From Isurus oxyrinchus (lineage: Eukaryota): a DNA stretch of 64,000 nt. The stretch covers positions 37,386,001 through 37,450,000 of the forward strand of contig JANJGN010000026.1 of assembly GCA_026770705.1 (NCBI GenBank), in the 5' to 3' direction. Below are positions 26,261 to 40,739 of this stretch, in pieces; within the stretch, counting starts at the first letter, position 1; the number at the start of each line of letters is the position of its first letter. The notes beneath the pieces were generated by a model. It did not search any database, was not told the DNA's origin, and saw nothing but the letters and a program-made list of their open reading frames with translations. The translations under genes were made by a program, and so were the position numbers.

Positions 26261-26819
26261 TTTTAAGTTTTTATATTAATCTGGACCCTGTATCAGTAAA
26301 CATTGCATTAGACCCCGTCTCCGCTGATAATAACCCAGGCCCTGTATCAGTAATCACTGCACTAAGCCTTGCCTCAATTTATGTCAATCAAGGCCCCGTT
26401 TTAGTTTTTCCTATACATCCCTGGTTCAATTTATTTTGCACCCTCACCTGCAGCTGTAAATGCTACACTACACTCTGCTTTAGCTACTATTGTTGAACAA
26501 TAGTCCAATGGGTCCTATCTTATTTATTACTGCAGTTGTCCATATCTCTACTTGTGCTGCAACTGGTCCTTTCCCAGTTATCACTGCACCTGACCCTGCC
26601 GAAGTTTATATTATTAGATCTTGTGTCAGTTTTTACTATATTATGCCATGTTTCTGTGGACACTCCAATTACCCTTTTTTAGTTCGTAATGTAGTACAGC
26701 CATGCCTGAATTTATATTTCACTGCACCTTGTGTTTCATTGTTTTACACTGCACCATGCTTCAGTTATCACTGCCCTTGGCCTGGGTGACCTTGTCTCAG
26801 TTATAACTGTACTGGACCA

Positions 26820-28870
26820 GACGAACATACAGGCATATGAACAAAGAGCAGGAGTAGGCCATTCAGCACCTCGAGTTCCGCCATTTAATAAAATCATAGT
26901 TGATCTGATAGTAACCTGAAATCTTGAACCCCACCTACCACCAATAACCTATCACCCCCTTGCTTACCAATAATCTATCCACCTCTGCCTTAAAAATATT
27001 CAAAGGCTCTGCTTCCACTGCCTTCTTAGGGAGAGAGTCCCAAAGACTCATGACCCTGAGAGTGAAAAAATTCGCCTCATCTCCGTTTTACATGGGCGAC
27101 CCCTTATTTTAAACAGTGACCCCTAGTTCTAGAATCTCCCACAAGTGAAGGCATCCTCTCCACATCCACCCTGTCAAGGCCCCTCAGGATCATATATGTT
27201 TCAGTCAAGTCGCCTCTTACTCTTCTAAACTCCAGCAGATACAAGTCTAGTCTGTCCAATCTCATTAAGCAACCCAACCATTCCAGTTATTAGTCTAGTA
27301 TCCCTCTCTGAACTGCTTCTCACGCATTGACCAATTCTGCACACAGTATTCCAAACGTGATCTCACTAGTGCCTGGTATAACTGAAGCAGAACTTCCCTA
27401 CTGTTGCATTCAATTCCCCTCACAAGAAATGAGAACATTCGATTAGCTTTCCCAATTGCTTACCATTTTTCCTTTTATCTTCCTCTCAGCAATGCATCTG
27501 TGTATATAATGCTATCTGTAATTTAATTTATTAATGCATTAGACCATGCCTCAATATACACTACAATTGAGCCTTTCTCAGTTAGTACCGCACGGGACTA
27601 TGTCTCTGTTTATGTTACATTATATACTGCTTCGTTTATTAATGCACATAGCCGTGCCTCCAGATAGACTGTAAGTTACAATTCCTGAGCTGCTGTTGCA
27701 TTGCGCAAAGTCTCTTTTTGTATTATATTAGGATTCATCTCACAACCAACTTGTGAGAAGAATTATTGCTCATGGAATAAAAGGGACATTAGCAGCATGG
27801 ATACAAAATTGGCTGAAAATAGCAAGCAGGGAGTAATGGTCAACTGATGCTTTTCGGGCTGGAGGAAGACTTGTAGTGGAGTTCCCCAGGGGTCGGCATT
27901 GGGGTCCTTGCTTTTCCTGATATATATTAACGATCTAGATCTTGGTGTGCAGGGGACAATTTCGAAGTTTGCGATTGATACGAAGCTTGGGAGTGTTGTG
28001 AACTGACATGAGAACGGTGTGGAGCTTCAAGAGGACACAGACAAGTTGGTGGAGTGGGCAGATGAAGTTCAATGCAGAGAAACGTGAGGTGATGCATTTT
28101 GGTAGGGAGAACATGGACAGACAGTATAAAATAAGAGCTGGAATTTTGAAGGTGTGCAGGAGCAGAAATACTTGGATGTATATGTGCATAGACCAATGAA
28201 GGTGGTTGGACAGAAGGAGATGGCAGTTAATAATGCATATAGAATCCTGGGCTCTATTAATAGGGGCATAGAGTTCAAGAGCCGGGAGGTTATGCTGAAT
28301 TTATATATGACCCTCCTTCGACCTCAACTGGAATATTGTGTACCGCCCTGGGTACCATATTATAGGAAGGATGTGAAGATATTGAAGAGAGTGCAGAAGA
28401 TGTTTACAAGAATACTCCCAGGGATGAGGAACTTCAGCTATGAGGATAGATTGGAGAAGTTGTGACTATCTTCATGGAGAGGGGAAGGCTGAGAGGAGAC
28501 TTGATGAAGTTTTCAAAATCATGAGGGGGCTGAACAAAGCAGATAAGGAGAAACTGTTCTCATTCGTAAAAGGATCAAAAGCAAGAGGACACAGATTTGA
28601 AGTGATTTGCTAAAGAAACAAAGGTGACGTGAGAAAAAGCTTTTTCACACAACGAGTGGTTCAAGTCTGGAATGCACTGGCTGGAAGTGCGGTGGAGGCA
28701 GGTTCAATTGAGGCATTCAAGAGGGAATTAAATGAGTATTTGAATAGAAACAACGTGCAAGGAATGGGGAAATGACAGGGCAATGGCACTAGGTCATAAA
28801 GCTCATTTGGAGAGCCGGTGCAGGCACGATGGGCCGAATGGCCCACACCTGTGCCGTTAAGATTCGTTGA
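26820..28870. mobile_element. Two CR1-like LINE 3' fragments (~26820-27450 minus; ~27750-28870 plus)
   Basis: LLRPQLEYCV..W.PYYRKDV..L.RVQ..FTR..PG motif (28154-28465) and typical CR1 3' ends. Confidence 0.85.
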
Positions 28871-29489
28871 TTCTGTGATATTACTGTATTAGACAGCTTC
28901 ATGCATTACTGTGCTCTCCTATGTCGCACCTTATATTGTAGAGGTCCTCTCTCATTTATTGATAAGCTGGACCGAGTTCATTTCTTACTGCATTATAAAA
29001 GGTCTCTGCTGACTAGAGATGGAGAGAGCGAGCCACATGGATAGGTGGGTATTAACTTTAAGAATGTTATAATACCCTGTTGGTGATAAGGGGTTGAAAG
29101 AATACGTTTAGTCTTGTTAATAACTGTTAGGCGTTGGGTGCAATTTCTAATTGCTCCAGTGTAATGTGTGTAATGTTTGTATTGAAAGGTTGGGATGAAT
29201 CTTGTAACATTCCCTTCATCAATGAGATTGAGGAACAGAAATAAAGGTGAACAACATTGGACTGCACATTGCACAACTTAGTCACACACTGCATTGTGTT
29301 CGAGATGACTAATTCATGCTTGAGTTGATCTGTGGTAATTGCTCACAGTTATCTCTAATTTTAAGTTTTTTTTCCCACTTTTGCAATAGGACTTTCTGTT
29401 TGATTTTGGCGTGGCCACCAATTGTGAGAGGCAGAGTCTGAAACCATATCATCAGGCGAATGGGTGGCTGTAGCGTCCAAATGACACAT

Positions 29490-29636
29490 GTTCCTGTGTG
29501 TCAGGGGCTGTGTGTGTGTGTTTCTGTGTCGGTGTGTGTCTGTGTGTATGTTGGTGTGTGTCTGTGTGTGTGCCTGTCAGTGTGTGCTGGTGTGTGTGTC
29601 TGTCAGTTGGTGTCTGTGTGCCTGTGTATGTGAATA

Positions 29637-29676
<40 letters not shown>

Positions 29677-29720
29677 GGTGTGTGGGTGTGTATATGGGTG
29701 TTTGCAGCTGTATGTGTGGC
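29490..29720. repeat. Degenerate (TG)n microsatellite
   Basis: Direct inspection. Confidence 0.9.
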
Positions 29721-32700
29721 TGTGGAGGCGGATACATCTGGCGCACATCATTTTTCATTGCTTGCAAAATACATTACAATTATTTTTCAAGCACGTTAAG
29801 ATAGCTTATTGAGAATATACTTACAGATCCTATGCTACCATTAGTATTTATCGGCAATGCATTGTCATGCGTGCTCCATAAAGTAATGTCAAGCTGGCAT
29901 TTCCGTTGTCAAGGCAAATACCTTTTTGAAATGACTCACTGAACTTCTTCCCTCTCTTCCTCTGTCTCAGACTACACCTAAATCAGTTAATCTCTCCTCT
30001 CTTTCAGACTTCGCTTAACTCACTTATGCAGACTCATAAGGGCCGGATCTGGCAGCTATGAGGAACCAATGTTTAAATCTTTTGCTTGAGGCACATTATC
30101 AATGGAACTATGAGCGCCAAAACCTCAGCAAAGGAAAATTCAGTGCTCAAAAGACGCCAGCTCATCCACTGAACCGCTCCCCTCTCTTTCTCTCAGACAG
30201 CACCAAACCCTCTTAAAACTTTCTATTTTAGAATAACCCCCTGTAAGGGAAATTATTGTTTGAATTTCCTTTCTTTTCTCCCAGTGATTACGTTTAGTCC
30301 ATCTCCCCTTCAGTTAATATGCTATAACCAAAACAATCTCATTTATTTAATTCTTCAAATTGGAAATGGAGCTGAATGCAATGCTGAGACTGGCAGAAAT
30401 CTGTGTGGTTGTTCTTGATGCTGTCAGAGTGAGTTCACCCTCACAGACAGGAAGACTGTTCACGGTGATAACATGAAACTGACTCCTGCTGTTTCATTCT
30501 CAGGTAACACAACTTCCTGTTTCTCTGCTGCCGGTTCCAAAACGCACATCCAGAAAATAAATCCAGGGCCACAATCTGGTGAGAACATCTGTCAAAGCGG
30601 CTTATATCTAGCCACAGAGTCAGGGCAGAGTCACACAGATCACATTGCGGTGAGATTTACAAATGAGCCTCTCCTAATCTGTTTCGAGCTTCCAGGAGAT
30701 AACTGGGTTGTCATTGGATCAATCACTGAGGTTCCCCGGGTCCCTGAAGCAGGGAAATGAGAGCTTGCTAACTTTCATTTTTCATCGTCATGCTCCACCA
30801 CCCGCCACCCACTGTAAACCCGCTCCACACACCCCCATACCCCCACCCCTACCCGCCCCTCACACACAATCCCTGCACGCACACTCTCTCTCGAAGCTTG
30901 TCTCCTCTGTTTCTCTGCAACACTCCGTCTCCCTTTTTCATTTGAAGTCTTCTTCGCTCAGTTTTATCTGTCTATCTCTCTGTATATCTCTCTCCACCTC
31001 TCTGAGTCTATTAAATAGAAGTATTGAAAATCATGAATGCATTAATAGAGTAAATAAGGAGAGAATATTTCAACTGGCAGGAGGGTCGGTCACCAGAGGA
31101 GACAGATTTACTTTATTGAACAGGAAAGCAGGAGGATAATTGTTTATTTTTTTATACGGCGAGTTGTTATGAACTGGAATGCACAGCTTGAAAGCCTGAT
31201 GGAATCGGATTTAATAGTAATTTTGTAAAGTGAATCAGATAAATACTTGAAGAGATCTACTGGATCATTCATCGATATAATTGCCCCAGCACCTTTTCCG
31301 TATCTTCCTCTGTCCTGCAATGAGCCCGAATAAAATGCAATAATTATGCAGCTTTCGTCATGTGCTAATCCTGTTTTTTGACAGCGCCACAGTGTGTGTG
31401 TCGATAATTACGAGGCATCCTTCAGAAGTTCATTACTATTTACAAATAATTACATTGAGCAAAATTACACTGGATGAAACTTGTTTAGTTAAAAGCACGA
31501 TTATCCTTAACAGTTGTGGCACTGAGTTTTCCTCTGGTGAAGTTTTGGTGTTTAATATTTTCAGCCATCATCTGCTTCATGCTGAAGGTTTAAATACTGT
31601 TTTTTTCAAGCAGCCGGATCCGGCCCTTGCGTGTCTGTGTAAATGGAAAACGGTGGGTAAGAATGAGAAGGAGCAGGTTATTTTATGTTCCTCTGAGAGA
31701 TGCAGATTTCAGGAATCTCTGGAGTCCGCCGTGATTGTTCTCCCCTTGGGTATAACAGCTCTTAGTCAGGTGGAGTCAGTCACACGGGCCTCTGTCATGA
31801 TGTTTCCACTCCGTTTTTAGCATACAAATCCCTGTGTCACTCACCATAACACAGCCTGCTCTCAGGCCCTAAACATCATTACTTCCTTACACGTTTACTC
31901 CATTACATTACAATCAGATGTTCATTCGTCCCCTGCCTCCCTTTATGTAAGATTACCAGCAGCCTCTGCTATTGATACACTGGAGCCTCTGTGAATATTA
32001 TTAGACCAGCCCCAGTCTGGCCCAGGCCCGGCAGTCAGAACTCCCTTCGCAAATCCAAGGATAGAGAAGTTGTTTGTTTTGTTTGAGAAGACCGGAAAGT
32101 CAAATCAGCAACAATATCCCAGGAACCCATCCCTCGCTGCATGGAGGAACTGCGCAGTTTCTCTCTCTTTAATTTCCCTCAGTCCTGCTGAGTCTAAGAA
32201 AATAATGGATAAAAGAACAGAAAAACTTCCATATGAACTATCTTCGTGAGCCTTGGCCGATATTAAGTGGTTAACTCTCTGGACTGTGGATTAAACCCAA
32301 AACCTTGAGGAATGAGAGTGCCGCTAATTCGTCAATGCTGACATGATATATTCCCAGTTCCCATTACATTACCGCAACGGCAACATATTACAGATGCTAG
32401 AAATCGAAACCAGAAACCGAATGTGCTGGAAATCCTCAACAGGTCAGACAGCAGGTGTCGAGTCTGTTTGTTTTCCGGATCGTCATATACTTTGCAGCCT
32501 TGGGGAAAGTGTGGAGAGGCGGGAGGATTTTGGAGGCTAATTAAAAACCGGCGTTCTGTCACACGGACACTCTTCCCGTGGTCAACGGAGCCGGGAGTGG
32601 AATTTGAACACAGATCTTGCAGCTCAAAAGCAGGAGGACCGCCAACTGTACCACTCGGGAGTGCAGTGGCTGTGGAGAGAAGCAGAGTTAACGTTTCTAA

Positions 32701-33589
32701 TCGATGACTCCGGTTCTGCTGAAGGGTCATCGCCATGAAACGTTCACTCTGTTTATCACCACAGATTCTGCCGACCTGCAGAGTAATTCCAGAATGTTAT
32801 GTTGAACTTGCCATTACACTAGACCGTGTCAGTGTTATTACACCAACTCCATCCCATTCATATTGCAGTGGTGCTTGGCTCTATTATAATGCATTAGGCA
32901 AAGCATTTGCTATTGTATCAATTGGCGCTGTCTCACACACACTATTAAATCAGGCCCAACTTCGATTTCGGTGGTCTTTGTTTTTGTTTTGGATTTCCAG
33001 CATCCGCAGTTTTTTTGTTTTTATTCGATTTCGGTGGACTAGATGCTGACTGTGCCGTCGTCACACTGGATCCAGTGAGTATTCAGTGATGCACTGCAAC
33101 ATGCTGCCCCTTGCTTTCATCAAACATTGTATTTTTTACACACAACTTTCCGGTTTTTAACCTGTCCCATGTCTCCAATCTCGTTGTATAAAATGCTGCC
33201 TCTGTAATGGTTGCAGAAGAACCTACATGTTATTCAAATTCTAAGGCAAACCTCTCTCATTATTTCTGAACATCTTGTGTCCATCAGTTTTCAATAGGAA
33301 TCTGTTTCTGATATTGTTAACGTTGACCCTGTTTCTGTTAGTGTTTCACTTTGACCTTTTTCAGCTGTTATTTTATACAAAGCATTTTTGTTATTATAAT
33401 CACAAAAATGCCAGACGGATTCAATGTTAAACCAAGTCCTCCCTCTCTTTTATTTCCAGAACTAGCCCATTTCTCTGCTTAAATTACTCCCTGGGTCAAT
33501 TTGTGTTATTTTTGCACTAGCACATATCCCTGTTTGTATTGGACTAGGCATTATGCCTGTTGTCACTAAACTAGCCGATATTATGCCAG

Positions 33590-35230
33590 AAATGTTGGGG
33601 AACACAGGGTTTAGTGAGAGGGAGGAACTGAAAGAAATCAATATTAATAGGGAAATGGTGTTGCAGAAATTGGAGGCCAATATATCCCTGGGGCCTGATA
33701 ACGTACATCCCACAGTAATTATGGAAGTGGCCCTAGAAATAATGGATGCATTGGTAGTCATTTTCCAAGATTCTACAGACTCTGAAACAGTTCCTACAGA
33801 TTGGAGCGTAGCTCATGTAACCCCACTATTTAAAAAAGGAGGCAGAGAGAAAACAGGGAATTATAGACCAGTCAGCCTGACGTTGGTAGTGGGGAAAATT
33901 CTAGAGTCCATTATAAAAGATTTAATAGCTGAGCACGTGGAAAACAGTGGCAGAATCGGGCAGAGTCAGCATGGATTTATGAAAAGGAAATCATGCTTGA
34001 CAAATCCACTGGAATTTTTCGAGGATGTAACTAGTAGAGTTGATGATGGGGAGCCAGTGGATGTAGTTTATTTGTCTTTCAGAAGGCTTTCCACAAAGTC
34101 CCACATAAGAGATTGGCATGTAAAATTAAAGTGTATGGGATTGTGGGTAGTGTATTGAGATGGATAGAAAACTGGTTGGCAGACAGGAGACAAAGAATAG
34201 GGATAAACGGGTCTTTTTCCAAATGGCAAGCAGTGACTAGTGGGGTACAGCAGGGATCGGCGCTGGCACCACAGTTATTCATAATATATATTAATGATTT
34301 AGATGAGGGAATTAAATGTAATATCACCAAATTTGCAGATGACACAAAGCTGGGTGGGAGGGTGAGCTGTGATGAGGACGCAGAGATGCTTCAGTGTGAT
34401 TTAGACAAGTTGAGTGAGTGGGCAAATGCATGGCAGATGTAGTATAATGTGGATAAATGTGAGGTTATCCATTTTGGTAGCAATGGCTATAAATTGAGAG
34501 AGGGGAATGTGCAACGACACCTGGGTTTCCTTGTACACCAGTCGCTGAAGGTAAGCATGCAGGTGCAGCATGTGGTAAGAGGGCAAAATGTATATTGGCC
34601 TTCATAGCCAGAAGATTCGAGTACAGGAACAGGGATGTCTTGCTACAATTGTACAGGGCCTCGGTGAGACCACACCTGGAATATTGTGTGCAGTCTTGGT
34701 CTGTTTATCTGAGGAAGGGTGTACTTGCTATAGAGGGAGTGCAGCGAAGGTTTACCCAACTGATTCCTGGGATGGCGGGACTGACATATGAGGAGAGATT
34801 GAGTCGATTAGGATTATATTCGCTGGAGTTCAGAAGAATGAGGGGGATCTCATAGAAACTTATAAAATTCTAACAGGACTAGACAGGGTAGATGCAAGAA
34901 GGATGTATCCGATGGTAGGGGAGTCCAGAACCAGGGGTCAATGACTGATGATATGGGGTAGACCATTTAGGACTGAGATGAGGAGAAATTTCTTCACCCA
35001 GAGAGTAATGAGCAAGTGGAATTCGCTACCACAGAAAGTAGTTGAGACCAAAACATTGTATATTTTCAAGAAGGAGTTAGATATAGCTCTTAGGGCGAAA
35101 GGGATCAAAGGATATGGGGAGAAAGCAGAAGCAGGCTATTGAGTTGGATTATCATCCATGATCATAATGAATGGCGGAGCAGGCTCGAAGGGCAGAGTGC
35201 CCTACTCCTGCTCCTAGTTTCTATATTTCT
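33590..35230 (+). mobile_element. CR1-like LINE ORF2 fragment
   Basis: GNYRPVSLT, QHGF..KSCLTN, GVQQGSALAP.LF.IYINDL, KFADDTK, RPHLEYCVQ; frameshifted. Confidence 0.93.
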
Positions 35231-36859
35231 ATTTCACCAGGCCCTGTAACTTTTATTAATGCACTAGCCCATATCCCTGGTTAGATAACACCAGATCTTG
35301 TCTCTGTTATTACTGCATTAGCCAATATCTCTTTTTATAATCCACTAAATACTGTCGCTGTTATTACTGCAGTTGGCCCATATCTCTGTTTACATTACCA
35401 GGTCCGGTCTCTGTTTATGCACCACTAGATCCTGGTTTATTTTACATAAGATTTACATTGAATATATAACCGACAGACAAACCAGTCAGACCAAATATGA
35501 TTCGAGTCGTTGTGGTGGAGTTTGTGAAGGTAAAAGTTTAAAAAGTGAAAATAGAAATAGTGAAAGTTCTCTAGAGAGCAACAGGGGTTTCAATCCTTCC
35601 CATCAACAGGAGTAATACATCGGAGAATTACAGGTGGATTAATCTTATGTCAGGCACAGGTAAAGTTTAATTATTTGCCATCACTTGCACAAATCATCAC
35701 ACATTCGAGATTATCATGAACTTCTGTGAGATGTTGAGATGCTCATTTGTTAATAAACTGCAGGTTATTCTCGATGTGATTTGATCCGCTTTCCAACTGA
35801 TCACCACCTTAGAAATGCCACCTTAGAAACGAAGTAGTCAGTCTGACATCATTTTACGAACAAATACACACAAAAGATTGGTTATCAATAAATAGTTAAA
35901 GTGTTAAACAATCTGCAATTAAAATAAATGCATAGTTTTGGGATTGAACACAATCACTGAAGGCGTGAATGAGTTGAAGTTTATCATTGGTAGAAATGAG
36001 GGGAAATTACTAAAAAAATCATTTTCTCCAAAGAGTGTTATTATATAGTAAGAGATTCATAATAAATAAGGGACTCTCAGAGAGAGAGGGAGAGAGAGAG
36101 AGAAAGAGAGAGGGTGCGGGGGGTGGAGGTAAGGTGGTGGGTGGAGAGAGAGAGAGAGATAAAGAGAAGACGTTCAGTGAGTTAGGTGCTGCCTCAGACA
36201 GAGAGAGAAGAGACATTCAGTGATTTTGGTGATAGACATGTTTGTCTTGATAACGAAATGGTCAACATGACATCACTTTCTAAACAAAAGTACACAACGA
36301 AACATATTATCAATAAATATAAAAACAAAAATAAAAACAAAAAACTGCAGATGCTGGAAATCCAAAACAAAAACAGAATTACCTGGAAAAACTTAGCAGG
36401 TCTGGCAGCATTGGTGGAGAAGAACAAAGTTGACGTTTTGAGTCCTCATGACCCTTCAACAGAACTAAGTAGAAATAGGAAAGTGGTGAAGGGCTGCCAG
36501 ACCTGCTGAGTTTTTCCAGATATTTCTGTTTTTGTTATGTTATCAATAATTATTTGCAGTATTAAATCATCCGTGGTTACAGTTTGTGTAAAAAAAACCC
36601 TAAATACTGAAACATTCTGGCGAAGAATATCAATTATCTTTGAGAAATGGCGGCTAAGCAAAAGGCATGATTTTTTTGCACACAACACACATAACTGCCC
36701 ATATTTGATATATAATTTCTTTGACTGAAACTAAATGAAACCAACTGTCAGGTGCTGCAAGATCGGGCCGTCCAAAACCGCCCGATTTAGGTCAACGACA
36801 GAGAACAATTCCCACCTCAACATCTTTGTGTATAACATTAGCTCTCCAACTCACAGAGA

Positions 36860-37957
36860 CATAGGCCCCTGCAGTAAAAACAGAGGCATTGCCTAGTGTG
36901 GCAATAACTGAGGCAGGGTTAGCGCAGTGATCACTGAATAAGGACCTGGGTTAATATCAATTGATATCAATCCTCTCTCGGGACTAGAACAGTAATGATT
37001 GAACTGGCACATGGATTAATAATATCCTAGACAGGGTCTGGTGCAGTTATAAGTGAGATTGCCTCCAATTTAAGATAAACAAAAGACATGATCTAGTGGA
37101 GTAAAAACAGAGACAAGGCGAGTGTAATATAAGATGTATGGACTAGTGCAGCAACAACTAATACATGATTCAGAGTTGTATATGCGGACCCTGGGTCCAG
37201 AGCAGTAATAACTGAGACTTACTGTACGTAATACAACCAGAGCCATGGCCGAATTCAGAAACAGCTGAGACGATGCCGAGCACTGAAATAACTGAGGAAG
37301 GAATTGTTGTAATATTATCATAGACAGAAACTATTTCAATAGAAACAAAGTCAGGGTCTGATTCAGTAATACTGCGACAGGGCCGAGTGCACCAATTATT
37401 GATGCAGCACCTACAGTAATATAAAGCGAGACTGGGCCTAGTATCAGCAATTACTGAGCCAGGTTTTAGTGCAGTAATAACAGACTTTGTCTTGTGTAAT
37501 ATAAACAGGGATGTGGTCCAGACAGAAATAACAAAGACAGTGTCTATTTTAATAGAAGCAGAGATAATATCTCGTGTAACATAAACTGAGATGGGGTCTA
37601 GTGCAATATACACTGAGACAGGGTCTACTGTAATATAAACTGAGATAGGTTCTCACAGAATATCAGCAAATACACGATTTAGTGTAATATAAACAGGGAC
37701 ATGATCTAATGGAATAAAAATTGGGGCAGTGCTGAGTCCAGAAATAAAAGGGATAGGGTCTTGTGTAGTATGAACAGTGACATGATCTAGTTCAGTATTA
37801 ACTGAGGCAGGATCTAGTGAAAGAAAACTGTCACGAGATCTACTGCAGTTTTATCTAATGCGGGGCCTTGTCCAATATAAACTGAGACAGAGCCTGTCAC
37901 AGTAATTACAAACACAGGGCCTGTATTAATATAAACAGTGATATGGGCAAGTGCAGC

Positions 37958-37988
<31 letters not shown>

Positions 37989-39100
37989 AACGGTATTATG
38001 CAATAATAACAATGATAGAGCATCATATGATCTAAACAGAGGCATGGACTGGTGCAGCATTGGCCCAGGCATCCCCTAGCTTAGTATGAATGTGGCAGGG
38101 TTTAGTAATGTAATAACTGAGGCAGAGCCTCGTGCCATGCATACAGGAACATGTTCTGGTTTCTTATAAGCAGGGACAAGTACTAGTGCAGTAACAACTG
38201 AGATATGGACTCTTATCATAGTAGCCAAGACATGGTTCAATGCAGTGATAACTGAGAGAATGTATATTTATAAGAAGGCATATGGGACACCTGCCTTTAT
38301 TAGCTGAGGCATAGAAAATAGGAGCAGGGAGGTTATGCTGGAACTGTGTGAAATACTGGTTCGGCCACAGCTAGACTATTGCATGCAGTTCTGGAATCTC
38401 ATTAGAGGAAGGGTGTGATTACACTCGAGAGAGTGCAGAGGAGATTTACCAGGGTGTTGCCTGGGCTGGGGAGTTTTAGTTATGAGGAGGGGTTGGATAG
38501 ACTGGCGTTATTTCCCCTGCAGCAGAGAAGATTGAGGGGGTCATGACTGAGGTGTATAAAATTATGAGGGGCATAGATAGGGTAGGCAGGAAGGAGCGTT
38601 TCCCTTTGGTGGAGGAATCAATAATCAGGGGGCATCAATTTAAGTTAAGGAGCAGGAGGTTTAGAGAGGATGTGAGGAAGATTCTTTTCCCCCAGAGGGT
38701 GGTGGGAATCTGGAGCTCACTGCCTGAAATAGTGGTAGAGGCAGAAACCCTCCTAACATTTCAGAAGTATTTGGATGTGCACTTGCGATGCCATGGCATA
38801 CAAGGCTATGGACCTAGTGCCGGAAAATGGGATTAGAATAGTTAGGTACTTGGCTGACCGGCACAGACTCGATGGGCCGAAGGGCCTTTTTCTGTCCTGT
38901 AGACCTCTATGACTCTAATGTCTAGTGGAATATGGCCTTTGTCCATTACTTTAACAACTGAGATTGAACCTATTACAAAAACATATTACAACCTGCTGTA
39001 ATATGATCAGAGACATGACTTAGTGTACTTTATACAGACAGAGGGTCAAGTTTAATATGAATAGCGACAGGGTTCAGTGCAGAAATGTTTGAGACTGTGT
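36860..39100 (-). repeat. Inverted, more decayed copies of the 27-bp minisatellite (split by a CR1 insertion)
   Basis: Repeated GTCTAGTGCAGTAATAACTGAGACAGG / GTGTAATATAAACTGAGACAGG, the reverse complement of the main array; a similar inverted patch lies at ~16880-17490. Confidence 0.85.
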
Positions 39101-40240
39101 GTGGTACATATCGTGTCAGTCTTCACTGTTTCACTGCCATCTACTGGACAGGCACTGCTATTGCTGATGTTGTGAAAATGTCGATTTCAGTTGCTACTTC
39201 TGATATTAAAGATAGAATCATTGAATTCGTACAGCACAGAAGGTTGCCTTTCGGCCAGTCTTGTCTATGCTGAGCCTCTGAAAGAGCAGTTGACCTCGTG
39301 CCACTGCTTTTCCCGTACTCCAGCGTTTTTCCCTCCTTTTCAGATAATGATCCAATTTCCTTTTGAAAGTATCAATTGTCCCTCAATTCACCACACTGTC
39401 AGTCAATGCATTCCAGATCCTAACCACTCACTGCGTGAACGCATTTTTCTCCTTGACTCCACTGCTTCTTCTCCAGGTTACTTTAACCCTGTGCCCATTG
39501 GTTTTTGATCCTTCCACCAATGGGAACGATGTCTCCTATCTAGTCTGTCCAGACCCCTCAAGATTTTTAATATCCCTATCAAATATCCTCCACACTTTCT
39601 CTTCACCAATGAGATTAAAGCCAGCTTCTCCACTCTTTATACATAACTGGAGCTCCTCATCCCTGGAACATTTTCCATAAATCTGTGCCCTCATGCTTTC
39701 AAATTCTTCCTGAAGTGTGATGCCCAGAATTGAACACAATATTCCAGTTGAGGCCTAACCAGTGTGTCACTCAAGTTTTACTTAACCTCCCTGCTTTTAT
39801 ACTGTTTTCCCCTACTGATAAAGTCCAGGATGCTGTATGTTTTATTAACCACTCTCTTTACTTTCTGCCACATTCAATGATTTATACATATAAACAGCCT
39901 CTGCTCCTGCAGCCTCTTTGGATTCGTACTCTTTCCTTTATATTGTCTCTCTGCGTTCTTACTACTGACAGGAACCACTTCTCATCTTCTCTGTCTTAAT
40001 TTCATCTGTTACTTGCCGCCCATTTCACCAACCTCTCTATATCGTTCTGAGATTCTCCACTATCCTCCTCATGGCTCACTATGCTTCCACATTTTGCATC
40101 GTCCGTATATTTTGAAACTGTGCCCTGTACACCAAGGCCTAGTTCATTAATAAATATCATGAAAAGCAGGCGTTCTAGCACTGATCCCTGGGAAACTTCA
40201 TTGTAATCCTTCCCCGAGTCCGAAAATCAACCGCTGTGTT
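38270..40240. mobile_element. CR1-like LINE 3' fragments (~38270-38920 plus; ~39220-40240 minus)
   Basis: EVYKIMRGIDRV..FPLVE.S..RGH.FKLR and similar decayed ORF2 C-termini. Confidence 0.85.
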
Positions 40241-40739
40241 TCTTTCCAACATTTTTTTTAAAAAGCTGATTGCCTCACTGATCATAAATTGCTCCCTCGG
40301 GTTTGTGTCTCACCGAGAAAAATAGAAACGGGAATGTAATTTAATTAATAGAATTATCCAGCACGAAAGGATGACATTCGGCCCATCGTGTAGGTGCTGC
40401 GCCTTTAAAATTGCAATCCAATTGTCCCCACTGCCCATGACTTTTCCCCATGTCCAGCACAGATCCATTATTTGTTTGAAAGTTCCTGTGGAATCTGTTC
40501 CCACCTCCCAATCAGACATTGCAGTCCCGATCAGAAGAATTCGCCATATAAAATAAAGTATCACCTCATTCCCCACTTGATCATATTTTAATAACAGTAA
40601 ATACGGTTCGAACAGGCTTCAAACGAAGAGAATTACTGCAAAAAGCAGGGCCAGTCACGCGAATGGCAGATTCCCCTGGACAAACCCCAGTGGCTAAACA
40701 AAAAGATAATGTTCATTATTTTTATCCTCCATATTCCAG

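Noticed and set aside
30366-30580. Leader-like exon (MLRLAEICVVVLDAVR|GTGAGT), 75-nt intron and small exon; FGTG motif on the minus strand
   Set aside because: Phase-0 junction unlike Ig/TCR leaders; the downstream frame stops after 18 codons with no V hallmarks; the minus-strand FGxG lacks a nonamer and donor.
31600-31870. Minus-strand ARV..KG.TIT resembling an IgNAR V start
   Set aside because: No polypyrimidine acceptor, in-frame stops, no Cys or Trp at expected positions.
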